Shown here piece after piece: positions 49,788 through 62,968 of a stretch of DNA of 64,000 nucleotides. Under the pieces are notes generated by a model. That model ran no database searches and was not told the DNA's origin. It was given only the letters and a program-made list of their open reading frames with translations. The DNA is taken from NCBI GenBank assembly GCA_051294905.1, contig CM119374.1:17856001-17920000 (forward strand), written 5' to 3'. Origin of the DNA: Botryllus schlosseri. Its lineage: Eukaryota. Position 1 is the first letter of the stretch; each line of letters starts with the position of its first letter. Made by a program: the position numbers and the translations under genes.

Positions 49788-52700
49788 ATGTCATATCATA
49801 CGCTAAATCAGTATTTACAAGAGGTAAGTGACTTTTCTTGAAATTTTTAAGTTTTTCAAGCTGCTGTACTACCGCTACTGAGTACTGCCGCAAGACAACC
49901 ATATCTGATAGAAACCTTTTGATTATTTCACACTTTCATTTGGGTGCCTTGGGGTCGACTTTTATCAAAATACGCCAAACAAGCCTGTGCCTACAGAAGG
50001 AGGTTTTGTAACATCTGAAAATAGTAGCCTACATTGAGCGTAAGAGCTGTCTCCGCCCCGATTATTCGAAATTTCATGCCTGCGACGTCATATTTTGTGA
50101 TGCAATTCTCGATATACAATGTTCTTTTCAATTCTCTACTAGTTGCTGACGATTACCCTGACGCGTGTCGGCCAAAAATATTCGGGTTCATTTCAATATG
50201 AATATACTATTCAATTTCACAGAAGTGTAGTTAAACAAATTCTATTTCACACAAGACATGTAAATTTATCAAGCTGACAACCTCCTTAAAATTGCAGCCA
50301 AACTATAATGCCAATCACTCATTCCGACTGTCCTAGAAATTGCTATTTCCACTCTGAATTAAGTTCACTGCATTACTTATATCTCTATGCTACTTGATCA
50401 CCAATAGTTACTACTTTGGCCGTGTCTCCATTCAGGTGTCTTCGGTGCTAGACGAATATGACGGTGACGGTTTCGCACGCTTGGTATCATTCAACGACCC
50501 GCACGTCGCTAATTCTAAGCTGCAGAGTGAAAATGCAATCGGCAGCTGTCGTCGCTTCTTTGACAGTCCTTACGACGAAATCATTGCGGCTCATCTCAGG
50601 TGAGTGATACTGAGACTTTGTGTATGCGGATGTAGCCGGCAGGGTTTTACCAAGTCGCAAGGTTCCGAGTCGCGAGTCAATTTTACTTTTGCGGTTTTTA
50701 CTCGAGTCAAGTCGAGTCATTTTCAACTCGCAACCGAGTCGAATACAAGTCAGTGAGCAAATGGTCGAGTGCGTGGCATAGTTTTGAGACTCTAGTTCAG
50801 GGTTGTAATGACTCGACTCAAGCCACTTTTTTTTGGTGACTCGACTTAACTCCAGTCATTTTTTCGAATGCGTAAAATGACTCGACTCGGCTACTAGAAC
50901 GGCCTTCATTGTAACTTTTAAGAATAGTAAAGTTACCAACCACATTATTGGTATTTCGTCTATCAGTCATGATAATTGGAAAATAGGGCCAGAAACTGTT
51001 AAGACTAAAGAAAATTACGATATTATGAAAGCAATCCACGCAATATCACTCGAGCAGAGTTGTAAAAGTGGGTTGAACCAGATTGAACAGAAAACCGAAC
51101 AGTGAGCATAATCACTTGGACTCGGACTCGAGTCAAACCACTATGACTCGGTGGTGAATTTAAAGTGACTCGACTTGACTCGAGTCAAAACTATAAAAGT
51201 GAGATTGTCTTGTGACTCGAAACCTTGTGACTTGGTGACTTGACACTTTTTTGAAATTCTTAGGTCATATCGAAGGCCTCGCATTCATACTTATTTTTCT
51301 CACTCTTAACATGTCTGTTAACGGCTACTAGGGTTGTAATGACTCGAGTCACAATTTTTGATGACTCGACTTGACTCGAGTCATTTTCTTGAAAATGAAA
51401 ATGACTCGACTCAACTCGAGTCAATTTTTGTATTGACTCCACTTGTACTCGAGACTGGGTCTACCGAGACAGGCATTCATTGTAATTTTGAAGAATAGTA
51501 AAGTTATCACACTATTATTATTTCGTCTATCAGTACTGATACTTGAAAATGCTACCAGAACTATTAAAAGTGAGGAAAATTAGTACCGGTATATTATGAA
51601 TGCGAAGCATTCGATATCACCAAGCAGAGTTGTAAAAAGTGGGTTTCACTTGACATTAACTCAGAACTGAACAGTCAACACAATGACTTGGACTCGGACT
51701 CGGGTCGAAACAGATTGACTTGGACTCTTACTTGACTCGGTGGTGAATTTAAAATGACTCGGCTTGACTCGAGTACAGGCCGAGTCGAGTGACTCAAGAA
51801 AATGACTTAAGTCAAGTCGATTCAACAAAAAATTCCGACTCAAGTCATCACAACCCTGGTAGCCGTTAACGAGTCGGTAAGGCCTACTGAGGGCGAGTGT
51901 CTTTACCTGTGCTGCTTATGTGTTTTGGATTTTAGAAAGCTTATGATATTGCTTCTACCATTGACTCAGTGAGTTTTAAAATGTAAAATTTGATCAAGTA
52001 AAATGCCAGTTTTGGGTGAATTTCCGTCGAATTGAAGTCAGTGGAAATCACTAGCCGATGGCGTTGGTCAAAGTGGTCCGTGTTTTTACTCACGTGGAAG
52101 TCGCAATTTACAAGGCATGAAAAAACACACTTCAAGAAGAAATAAAAAATACGAAAAGTACTTGATTTGAAAAGTCAATTTGCTCGAGGGGTCGTATATT
52201 GTTGGCGGTAAATCTGAGGTGAATACTACTTTATAGAATGCAAGATGTTTCTTCGTGAGTAATGCAAATTGACATAAGTAGATTCTTGGAAAATTTATTC
52301 AGTTACCGTGATACAGGGACTATTTCACACGGTGTTCATGAAATTGTTACAAACTTATCCCAAAATTGCCTTCGAGGTTTTAAAATCCGGAATTATAAAA
52401 AATATGTTGTTTTGCCTAAAAAGTGTTCAAGTCAAAGTTCAAGTCGTCTCAAAACATATAACGGCTTGAGTACCCCAATTTTCCATGTATAATGCGCAAA
52501 ATTTTACCGATTTTTTGCCCTAAAATAGGGGGGTGCGTATTATACATGGGTACAGCAAGCCTTGAAAAAAAATCCTTCGATCAAAAACTTGAAATCACAC
52601 CTTTCTTCGTGCTTGTTTAAATTGCGCATCAGCTCTAGCCATTGGGCCCCGTAATTCGTATTATAGAGTGTAACGCGCTGCCAAATAGAGAAGCGTGTTA

Positions 52701-55700
52701 CCAATCAACGAAAGCGTGTTTCTAATTAATGAGAGTCATCTGCAAAGCACGCGATCTCTTGCTGAGTGGGTTTGCCGTTTGTACGCGAGCGAAATTAGGT
52801 CGCTAATTGCTACAAACGTGCGCGGCAATCCTTGTTGATTCATCGCGTCAAAGCCAGGCCTCAACAATCGCATACACAAGAGGCCATGTGCGCGAGATAT
52901 AATCGCTTGCGTAATCAGTCGCATCTCCAACAGGACTGGTGCGCCCGACATAACCGTTTGCCTGAGCAATCGCATCTGTAATTGTAATAGGCCACGTGTG
53001 CAAGATGTCGTGTGTCGCTAGCCTGAACAATCGCGTCGCCGACCTTACAGGCTTTAGTTACTATCTACTCTCGTTTAGAGATAATGCCAATAATGGTATT
53101 ATGATTAGCGATCATTATGTCATAATTGTTCGACAGTGACATCGCAAAACAGAATAACATCGAATACTAAACCGCAACTATTCATGTAGGGTCAGATCAT
53201 GTCAAGTGATCCAAGCCATATCCCCCACCATCTCGAGCCGACATGAAAATTGGCATGATTACAGAGCTTTGTTTTCTGATTTCAGAAAAACAAATTTTGT
53301 GAAAATCGGTCGAGCACAACCGAAGATGTGGCCATTCAAAAATTGCAGTTTTTGTGATCGCTCAAGCGGAAAAAATGTCAGAAATTTACACATGTAATTG
53401 AAATTTGCTATATTTTGGTCAAATTGAGGTTGTTGAGGGTGAAACTTCCACACTTGGTCATTTACATCCTACTTGATACTTTGCCCCCTTCTTTGACACC
53501 TGGGGTTGCATAGTCTGACCTTTAACCCCGTGAATCTGTTAATGTCTTCAAAAATCACTCATGTGTGACGTCATATTTAATTGCAAATATCTTTTGGCTG
53601 AGAGGTGATGTCATCAAGTGTTAGGTGTCATTGGAAAGCTCTTGACAAGGACTTTCAAAATCAACAATAACTTTCCTCGCTAAAGAATCATTATATTAGA
53701 AAAATTTGTTGTAAAAAAGTGTTGAAAAAATATTTGTATTTTGAAATGTTATTACAATTTTACTTTTACAGGCTGCACGGTATTGGATTAAGACTTATGT
53801 TTGTAGTATGGATACTTGTAGTATAGGCTCTGTTTTGGAAGCTGTTTGTCACATAAAGGCCTACCGATATCAAAAGCAAAAATTAGTGTCACTGGATGAT
53901 CTAAATGATGAAGAACGAGAGCTTCTGAAAATCCGGGTTGGAGCAGAATGCAACATCAATACTAGTACCGGTGCTGATCTTCTGACTACTGGTACAATTT
54001 GCACGTTTCACAAGTATAAATTTCTTGACACTTATTCTGCATCATATAAATCCTGCTGTGATGTATTTGAAGGCCACACAAGACCTATCAAAAAACAACT
54101 AGGCATCATTTCTTTGAACTGGTTTAAACGAATTAAGCACCACGACAGTAGCTTGAATATAATTCCGGGCAGGAAACTGTGCAACAATTGCAGATATAAA
54201 ATGGAAAAAAAGCTTGAAAGCAATCCTGATACATCATTGAGTACTAGTGGAAGTGAGTTGGAAGAAATACAATCACAGTTTGAAGCAGATTCCTCACTAT
54301 CATCTCTAAATAAGAGTCTTCATGCTGTTGGTGAATCTCCACTAAAGCTGCATGCTCTTTCTGGTAATCGGAAAATCAGATACGGCAAAAGAAAATTAGA
54401 AGAATTGAATTTCAATGTTAGAACAAAGCTTGCCACGGTTTTACATGTTGATGAGATTCAAGAATTAGTAGAGACGGGAAAAGAGGAATATGAAAATGAA
54501 GCTGCTTTTGAAAATATCATATCAGAAATGAAAGAAAAAATCAGTAGCCCTAATTCAACAAGAGCTCAAAAAATTTAAGTCTTAACAATGGCTCCAGAAA
54601 ATTGGCCAAGAAAGAAAATCTCGGAAATTTTTGGAGTAAGTGAAAGGTTAGTGAGACATGCGAAAGAGCAACGAAAAGACAATGGAGTTTTTTCTTTACC
54701 ACCACCACGAAAAGGGAAGATGCTTTCAGATGAAACAATTGAAACAGTTGTGAAGTTTTTTGAAAACAACGAACACAGCAGGTTGATGCCAGGGATGAAA
54801 GACCGAGTTAGCATTAAAAAGAAGGTGTATAAACAAAAACGTCTACTTTTGTGTACTCTGAAAGAATTGTATACCTTGTTTAAACAGCAAAACCCGCATG
54901 TGAAGATTGGATTCACTAAATTTTGTGAATTGAGGCCAAAATGGTGTGTTAGTGCAGGATCATCTGGAACACATGCAGTATGTGTCTGCACCATACATCA
55001 AAACGTTGTTCTTATGTTGCATGCTGCCCACATTGAAGAAACTTATAAAGATTTGCTTCAATTGTCAGTCTGCAATATTGAAAACAGAGACTGCATGCTG
55101 CAGCGTTGTTCGAACTGTCCCGGATTTGAACCAGTTCAGGAATTACTCAACTCAAAATTTGAAGATGTGGATGAACCAATTTCTTTCAAACAGTGGGTGT
55201 CAGTTGACCGAACTGATCTTATAACTCAAACCTTATCAGTAACTGAGTTTATTCAATTATTATTGAAAAGGCTTGCGAATTTAGCACCACATCATCACAT
55301 TTCGCATTCACAGTCTTTATATTTGAAAAAACGTAAACAAGATATGGATCATCAAACAGCTCTTGTATTAATGGATTTTGCAGAAAATTACTCTTTCCAC
55401 ATTCAGGATGAAGCTCAGGGGTATCATTGGACCCACCGAAGTTGCACTGTGCACCCAGTAGTTTGCTACTACAAGTCTGCAAGCAATGAAATTTTGCATT
55501 TTAGTCTCTGTTTTCTATCCGAAGAGTTGTTGCATGATGCAGTCATGGTTTATTTGATTCAGCGTAAAACAATTCAAGTTCTCAAAGCAACAATTCCCGA
55601 TTTGGACAATATTGAATATTTTAGCGATGGTTGTGCTGCGCAGTACAAAAACAGAAAATCTTTTTACAATTTGTGCAAGCACAATGATGACTTTAAAGTG

Positions 55701-58700
55701 GACGCCGCTTGGTCCTTTTTTGCCACCAGCCATGGTAAATCGCCATGTGATGGAGTTGGTGGCACTGTCAAAAGAGCTACAGCAATGGAAAGTCTGAGAC
55801 GCCCACTGAATGATCAGATTTTGAATGTGGAAGGAATGATGTCTTATTGCGTGCCAAATCTTCAAAAAATAAAATTTATAAATTTGCTCAAAGACGAATT
55901 GGATGCTACAAAATCTTTTCTGGAAACTCGATTTCAGCTCGCAGCCACAGTCAAAGGTACTCGAGCCTTTCATCATTTTAGGCCATTGTCATCAACAAAG
56001 CTAGGAGCAAAACGTGTCAGCCAAGATGAGCACTATGCGTTGGAAGTTGAATTGAATGAAGACTCTGAAAACCAAGAACACATCCTTCAAAGTGAAATTA
56101 TTCAAAACCAATTTGTATGCGCGGTTTATGACAAAAAGTGGTACATTGGCATGGTCATAGAGTTGGATAAGCTAAACAACGATGCTTTGGTTAACTTCAT
56201 GCACCGTAAAGGTCCATCTCTGTTTTTTCACTGGCCACAAAATAAAGACTGTTGTTGGACACCATTCCAGCACATTTTGTGCACAGTAGACGTTCCTTCT
56301 TTAGTCAATAGTCGGGGACAGTATGAACTGTCAAAAGAATCAAAAGTGAAAGTGGATCGAGGTTGGGAAAAATATCATAAAAGATAAATGTATCTGATGT
56401 GTGAAAAGTAATCATCGCTGCACAATATAAAAACTACAAAACCCACAGGACATTGATGTTTATTGTCATGCTTAGTGCTGATTGTCACTCAAATCTATTG
56501 TGTAGACACAAAAAATATTGTATCTCATCATTGTGTTAATTTGGAATTCTTATATGTTTATGAAGTATTTTGTGTATTCACCACAAACTGTGCAGCAAAA
56601 ATTCCTTCAATATTTGAAAATCGGTTTGTTCTATAAGTACGCAATGTGAGAATTTTTCATTAAAACATGCTATTTGCAGGTTAGTTTCTTTGCACTCTTA
56701 CGGTGTGTAATGGTTCTTTAGCGAGGAATGTTATTTTTGATTTTGAAAGTCCTTGCCAAGAGCTTTCCAATGACACCTTATACTTGATGACACCACGTCT
56801 TAGCCAAAAGATATTTGCAATTAAAAATGGCGTCACACATGAGTGATTTTTGAAGACATTAACAGATTCGCGGGGTTAAAGGTCAGACAATGCAACCCCA
56901 GGTGTCAAAGAAGGGGGCAAAGTATCAAGTAGGATGTAAATGAACATGTGTGAAAGTGTCACTCTCAACAACCCTAATTTGACCAAAATATAGCAGATTT
57001 CAATTACATGTGTAAATTTCTGACATTTTTTCCGCTTGAGCGATCACAAAAACAGCAATTTTTGAACGGCCACATCTTCAGTATTACTTGACCGATTTTC
57101 ATAAAATTTGTTTTTCTGAATTCAGAAAGAAAAGTTTTCTAAGCATACCAATTTCCATGATAATCTGAGATGGTGGGGGCATAAATTGAAATTTTTCTGG
57201 ATCACTTGACATGATCTGACCCTGTACTCATGTACTGCGAATGCGGGATGCGTACTATGCATGGGTACAGGCTTTTTTCCTAGAATATACATGTCATTTC
57301 AAGGGTGAATATTATACATGGGGGCGCACTATATTCGGAAAATTACGGTAATTACTGATTTGTTGATTCGTCCTGTTCGAGTATCCACGGAAAGAGTCCA
57401 TTTTCCGACGGCTGTTCTCGTCGAATTGCAGGGCTTGCTGGTGCGTTGCGAATCGAGACTTCGGCGAGGCCCACAACAGTCAAGTGGCGACGGTGCACGC
57501 CTTTGTGAGGGCCTTTCAAGTTCAAAAAGACGAAAACTGGTAGGTTAGGAAACTTGAGGACTTGCGTTGACATTGCTTGTGAATGAATCCGCATCTAATA
57601 GAGTCAACCTGTGTCTTTGTGTTGAACTCCTGTTTCAATAGTACTGGGCCTGACAACGCTTATTAAAACTGCTATCTATTCAGAGTGATTGTAAACGATC
57701 TCTTCGCCCCGATTTTTCGGAATTTTATGACAGTGACGTCATATTTTGTGATACAATTTTCGAGATACAATGTTCTTTCAAATTCTCTACTAGTTGCTGA
57801 CGATTACCCCTAACGAGTGTCAGCCGAAAATATTCGGGTTCATTTCAATATGAACGTATCATTCACTTGTAAATTATAATTTACCGTAAACTTTGACAGG
57901 GCCTTGCCCATCATGTACACGTTGATCTTGGACCTGAGGAGATTTGCCGACAAGGTACGTCCGAAACAAACGCGACGTTGTCAGCCCGTTGACCGTGTCG
58001 ATCTTTTTAGGCTGAACAAATCGTTCTGTCCTCCGGTAAGGGAAGGAAAGGTGACACTCTAGAAACAGCTGCCGAAGTCGTCATGAGCTGTTTCAGAGTC
58101 TGCGCAAGTGATGGGTAAGTCTGTTATGCATCCATCTCTCAATATCATAGTTTGTCATCGAATTCAACACAATGTCTTTTAAAAGGTCATTGAACATATG
58201 AGTAGGGCTGTGCAAAGCAGGGTTGTAACCGAGTCACAAGGTTCCAAGTCACAAGTAAATGTCACTTTTATCGTTTGACTCGAGTCAAGTCGAGTCATTT
58301 TCAATTCACCACTGAGTCAAGTCCGAGTCAGCTATTAGAGCAGGGGTCACCAACACGCGGCCCGCGAGGTCCTATTTTGCGGCCCGCGACCCGATTTGAA
58401 AAAAATTCAGAAAAACGCTTAGTAAATCATTTTGAAACGCTGAAATTGATTTCAATTGAAACATAATGTTGTTGTTGTTCAAAGTAAGCCATTATACTGT
58501 GCCCAATATCACTATTCCTTTCAAGTTGAAACGGCTTCGGCATGGTAATATCATTCCCTGGATGAAGAATTTGCTGGTACGAATGGGCATAATATATTGC
58601 CTTGACGTGCAATGGCCCACGACTGCCAAGACCGAGACGCGGGAAAAACAACTTCGGGCTCTCCAAAAGACCATGCTTTACGAGGAGATAGTTGTCTAGC

Positions 58701-61700
58701 AAGCAGGCCTACCGTGTCTAGCTAACCCAAATATTGATTCTTTAATCCAGGGGTGGCCATCTGCGGTAGTAGAAGGGAAATTATGTGGCTGTCGACACTT
58801 TTGATAACAACCCTACGTTTTCTAAGATACTCCCTGCATCAGCTCTATCGGTGAATCTGATCACATTGGCCGGGAAAGGATAAATATTTTATAGTAATAT
58901 GTGAAACTATACGAATATTGACGAAATTCACTAATAACATAGAAAAATTTTTCGCGCTTCGCGACTACAGGCCCCGGTTTCCGGTGGCTCTTTACAACAT
59001 AACTACTAACGATTTCGGTACGCTTAGTAAGCCGATATGTATAAATGGATTAGTTCGGAGTGTACCGGCAATGGACATGGACAATTTAACCTGGGCATTT
59101 GACCCCAGCTAGTTTATTACGACTAACCACCGGTATGCGGCCGCAGGCTAAATGAGTAATCGAAATGCGGCCATGAATAGCAAAAATGTTGGCCACCCCT
59201 GTTTAGCGGCTACAGAGTGTTGTCAGGTATCGTGTACAGCTCATAGTTCAAAATATAACGAAATTGATGATCATGATAATTTTTATTATATTTGTGTTTG
59301 TTCAATAAAATATTATTTCCTTGTGGTGACTATAACCGTCGCCCATGTAAGAGAGCACAGCATTGTAATAACGTAGAGTTATCAGATGTGGTTGTTGAAC
59401 TGCGTTGCCAACTTTTACATCGATATTGATGTCCTGCGGCCCGCGGTCTCTAGGAATTCGGAAAAGTGGCCCGCGACCCATTTTGAGTTGGCGACCCCTG
59501 TATTAGAGGGTCGAGTCCGAGTCATATTGCTTTGACTCGAGTCGAAGTCATTATGTTCACTATTCAGTTTTCAGTTGAATTCGGTTCAATCCACTCTTTT
59601 CAACTATTCTCGAGTGATATAGAATGGCTCGCATTCATAATATAGGAATTTTCCTCAATTTTAACAGTTTCTGTCCCTATATTCCAAGTGGGCTACCAAG
59701 ACTGATGGACGTAACAATAATAATGTGGTAACTTTACTATTCTTTGAAGTTACAACGAAATGTCTGTCTTGGTTGCCCTAGGCTCGAGTCATGACTTGGT
59801 TCGAGTCATGCGCGAACGAGTCGAGTCATTTTACGCATTTGAAAAAATGACTCGAGTAAAGTCGAGTCGCCAAAAAACTGCGACTCGAGTCATTATAACC
59901 CTGGTGCAAAGTCTAGTACTTCGCTGATTCAATTCCGAGTAGAGTGTTAAGCTTCAAGTCCAGTCCAGTGTTGGAGTAAGAATCATTGGGACATATAGGA
60001 AGAGTTGAAATAGGTACCTGGTATGCAAGTTCAACAAAATATTAAAATATATTGTTTGGCAAGAAAATAATGCCAACTACTGATCGTCAAAGATGATTCT
60101 GTTTTTAATAACCATAACCAACTCGAATCATTGCAAGTAATACTTCAGACTTATTCGAATGCTCTGACCGTTGTGCCTGTGACTCGATTCAAAACACTAT
60201 GACTCGGACTCGACACTCTACTTGCACTTGGGCTTGACTCGGAGGTTTTTGGAAAATGACTCGACTTGACTCGAGTCAAAACTATAAAAGTTAAGTTGAC
60301 TTGTGACTCGGAACCTTGTGACTTGCTTACAACTGTGCATATGAGCATGCGACACAATAGCATGAGGGTTAAATTTGGGTGGGTTTACGCTTATAAACTC
60401 AAAGGCATGACTGTTTTATGCAAAACTCATTGGCATTGCGTCCCGTGCTGAAATGTCAGGAAAGCACGATATCTTGTGAAAGATTGAAGGGTATAAACTT
60501 GATGCTTTCCGAGCACCGAGTAAGCAATAAAATACGGCACTACACTTTTAACAACAAGTGATTTTATAAAATATTTAAGTATTTCTCTTGATCAGATTAC
60601 AGCAAATGAGTGTGTCCCATTTTAAGTTTTGTTAATCTATAATCATTATTACCGTTCACTGTTCTTTTCAGACGCTCGTCGGTCGACGTTTCCAAGAAAT
60701 GGGGAATGCTTTTTCTCGTCAACCAACTCTTTAAAATATATTTCAGGTTGGCCTTTCGAAGTTTTTGTGTACCGGTACTTCTAGAGTAGGCCAAAGTGGC
60801 AGTTTCCAAGCCAAGCAAGTAGAACGTTGAATTTTAATGGTTTGGACTGTGTTTGGTGTATAGCTTTCAGAGAGTAGTTTGTGGGTTATCCCTCCGCGCT
60901 TTATTCTGCGAGTAGCCCCGACAACTTTTGAAACTTGTTAGGCGTGTCTTGTTGTCAGATGTGAATATACTTGAATATACTTGTACCTACTGTAATGTTA
61001 CTTATAGACTAATTACTATTCTTTTTCATCTAGAATCGGAAAGTTACATTTATGCAAACCGTTGATCCGGGCCATCGAGAGCAACAATATAAAAGATAAA
61101 TTCACTCTCGCGCAAAGGGTTACTTATAAGTACGTCTGCTCTGAAATTCTCTGCTTGAATGAAAACACTTCTTCGTTTCATCCCTCTAGGTTTTATGTCG
61201 GAAGAAAAGCAATGTTCGACAGCGATTATAAAATGGGTGAGCATTTTAGGACCATCGTCATTGGTGTACGCCATCCCGTAATTGGCTGTAGCAAATTACA
61301 TGTAGTCTTCTATCTGTCGCTGACTGCTCGGTAATTGAAGTAGGAGTTACCGGTACTCGTATTAAGGTTGCAAATTTCTACTCATTTACAAGTAGAAATA
61401 TTCAAGACGTGCCAAAACTGCTTGGAGTGGAAATAGAAAATGAACAATCCTCAATTTACTTTTTACCTTTACATATCCAAAATGTAAGGGGTGAGCAAGT
61501 CTGCCAACAACAACTGTCCTAGTAGTAATCTCAAGACGTAATCACTGAACCCGCTTGATTACTGCGACATTTTTAAATGACACACGGTCCCTTGCAAAAT
61601 CGACACAAGACACCATGTTTGATTTTATGGTGTCAATCGGACAGGTGTAGGCGATTTTTTTTTTTGAGACCAGCACTGCTATGTTTGCTTGCGTTTTTTA

Positions 61701-62729
61701 GAGTGCAAGTCTAATATCGGGAATCGCGTTCAACCCTTGAAAACGGTTGTCTTGGCGTCCATAGGGCGATTAATCTGATCTCTGGGGGACGAATCCTTGA
61801 TTAACGATATAATGTCGGACCACCATCGAGTTTGAGTAATTTCAGTAATGGGTACTGACTACAGCTGATGTTGATTTACTGTCCGCCTCTAATGTGTCTG
61901 TCGTGATGCAATCATGTTACCTTACAGCCGACGAGTTCTTGAGTTTCGCCTTCAAGAACTGCCACTCCAGTTGCAAGAAGAACTTGAAACTGATCATGAC
62001 ATACCTGGTGCCTGTGAAAATGCTTCTCGGCAGCTTGCCACCGAAATCGATACTCGAACGGTACGGCCTCGAGCAGTACGGCAATATCGCAAACGCCATC
62101 AGGTACAATGCTGGTTTGTTGACCAAACGTTGGTCTCTCTCGTGAGCTAGCACTCGATTTTAGGACTGGGAACGTGCAGCAGTTCAACGAGACTCTGGGC
62201 AGTAATGAAAGTCTGTTTATCAAGACCGGGGTGTATTTAATTTTGGAGAAACTGCGCGCCGTGGTGTTGAGGACGTTGCTGAAACGCGTGTCGGAATTGT
62301 TGAACACGCACCAAGTTCCGTTACAGTCCTTCCAGAGCGCGTTGGAAATGCAAGGGGTGAGAATCGCAAGAGCCGAGTACTTGCACTACTTACTCTAGGG
62401 TAGCGGACACCCTCCACCCCGTTTAGTTCCAATTTAGCTCAATTATCGTTCAAACTTCATTTGGTATTGATTGCTTTTATGCGACATTCATTCCTTGTTT
62501 CAATAATTTAATGACGAATGGCAGCTGGCGAAGTCTTCTGAGCTCGTCGATGGCTGCTGCCTTTGACAGTCCGATTTTTCAGATATCTGACATCGATATG
62601 GACGAAACCGAGTGCTTGGTGGCGGGCCTGATCTATTCCGGCAATATACGAGGATACATTTCACACCAACACAAGAAGCTGGTTATCAGCAAAAAGAACG
62701 CGTTCCCGCCGGTCTTGACCACGACATGA
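49788..62729 (+). CDS. PCID2: PCI domain-containing protein 2 (TREX-2 subunit), 11 exons, 399 aa
   Basis: Exons 49788-49823, 50436-50599, 57432-57539, 57900-57954, 58011-58114, 60672-60746, 61034-61129, 61190-61236, 61928-62102, 62164-62356, 62583-62729 (1200 nt). Motifs [65 protein letters not shown]. Confidence 0.97.
50050..50215 (+). repeat. ~165-bp dispersed repeat; second copy at about 57700-57862
   Basis: Shared GACGTCATATTTTGTGAT...AATTCTCTACTAGTTGCTGACGATTACCC...TATTCGGGTTCATTTCAATATGAA in PCID2 introns 1 and 3. Confidence 0.85.
50639..51245. mobile_element. Adjacent GACTCGAGTC-rich MITE copies or fragments
   Basis: CAGGGTT starts at 50639 and near 50798; interiors match the family. 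Confidence 0.65.
51329..51858. mobile_element. GACTCGAGTC-rich MITE with inverted 12-bp flanks
   Basis: TAGGGTTGT...ACAACCCTG; flanks GTTAACGGCTAC / GTAGCCGTTAAC. Confidence 0.8.
53187..57224 (+). mobile_element. DNA transposon with ~510-bp TIRs encoding a CMC/Chapaev3-like transposase, in PCID2 intron 2
   Basis: TIRs about 53187-53693 and 56708-57224, ends (T/C)AGGGTCAGATCATGTCAAGTGATCC; 8-bp flanks TATTCATG/TACTCATG. Confidence 0.9.
53808..56387 (+). pseudogene. ~859-codon transposase split by one in-frame TAA (54576-54578)
   Basis: ORFs 53808-54578 and 54588-56387 share a frame ([12 protein letters not shown]). N-terminal Cys/His cluster ([21 protein letters not shown]); core [39 protein letters not shown]. 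Superfamily label is from recalled motifs. Confidence 0.85.
58218..59903. mobile_element. Complete GACTCGAGTC-rich hAT MITE with a nested element
   Basis: CAGGGTTGTAA...TTATAACCCTG; perfect TSD GTGCAAAG. Confidence 0.9.
58341..59500. mobile_element. hAT (Buster/Charlie-like) non-autonomous element
   Basis: TIR CAGGGGTCACCAAC...GTTGGCGACCCCTG; perfect TSD TATTAGAG; GGCCCGCG motifs. Confidence 0.9.
60130..60335. mobile_element. GACTCGAGTC-rich MITE fragment
   Basis: GACTCGACTTGACTCGAGTCAAAACTATAAAAG...CCTTGTGACTTG matches other family copies. Confidence 0.6.
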
Positions 62730-62907
62730 CATCGTTGAAAATTGTTACCAACGTATTTTTTAGAAAAAATATGAAATTTTTCACTGCCTCATTGCCTGTT
62801 CATTAGTGAGGTGTCACTTGAGGTGCCTGTCATCTGTTAGTTTGGTAAAGCATCATGGTATATCTGATTGCCTGGAAGATTGTGTGTGGGTTTGGTGTAT
62901 TAGAAGT

Positions 62908-62968
62908 CTGCCGCAACAGAATTGAATACAACTGGAGCTGCCGCAACAGAATTGAATACAACTGGAGC
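62908..62968 (+). repeat. 30-bp perfect tandem duplication downstream of PCID2
   Basis: CTGCCGCAACAGAATTGAATACAACTGGAG twice in tandem. Confidence 0.9.

Larger units (their letters stand above)
52471..57350. mobile_element. Tc1/mariner-pogo-like non-autonomous element hosting the CMC-like insertion
   Basis: Left TACCCCAATTTTCCATGTATAATGCGC versus right GCGCACTATATTCGGAAAATTACGGTA; TA-flanked TACCGTA-type ends. Confidence 0.55.

Noticed and set aside
58748-59201. Further nested hAT (CAGGGGTGGCCA...TGGCCACCCCTG)
   Set aside because: TIR-like ends are present but the flanks (CTTTAATC/TTTAGCGG) give no TSD.
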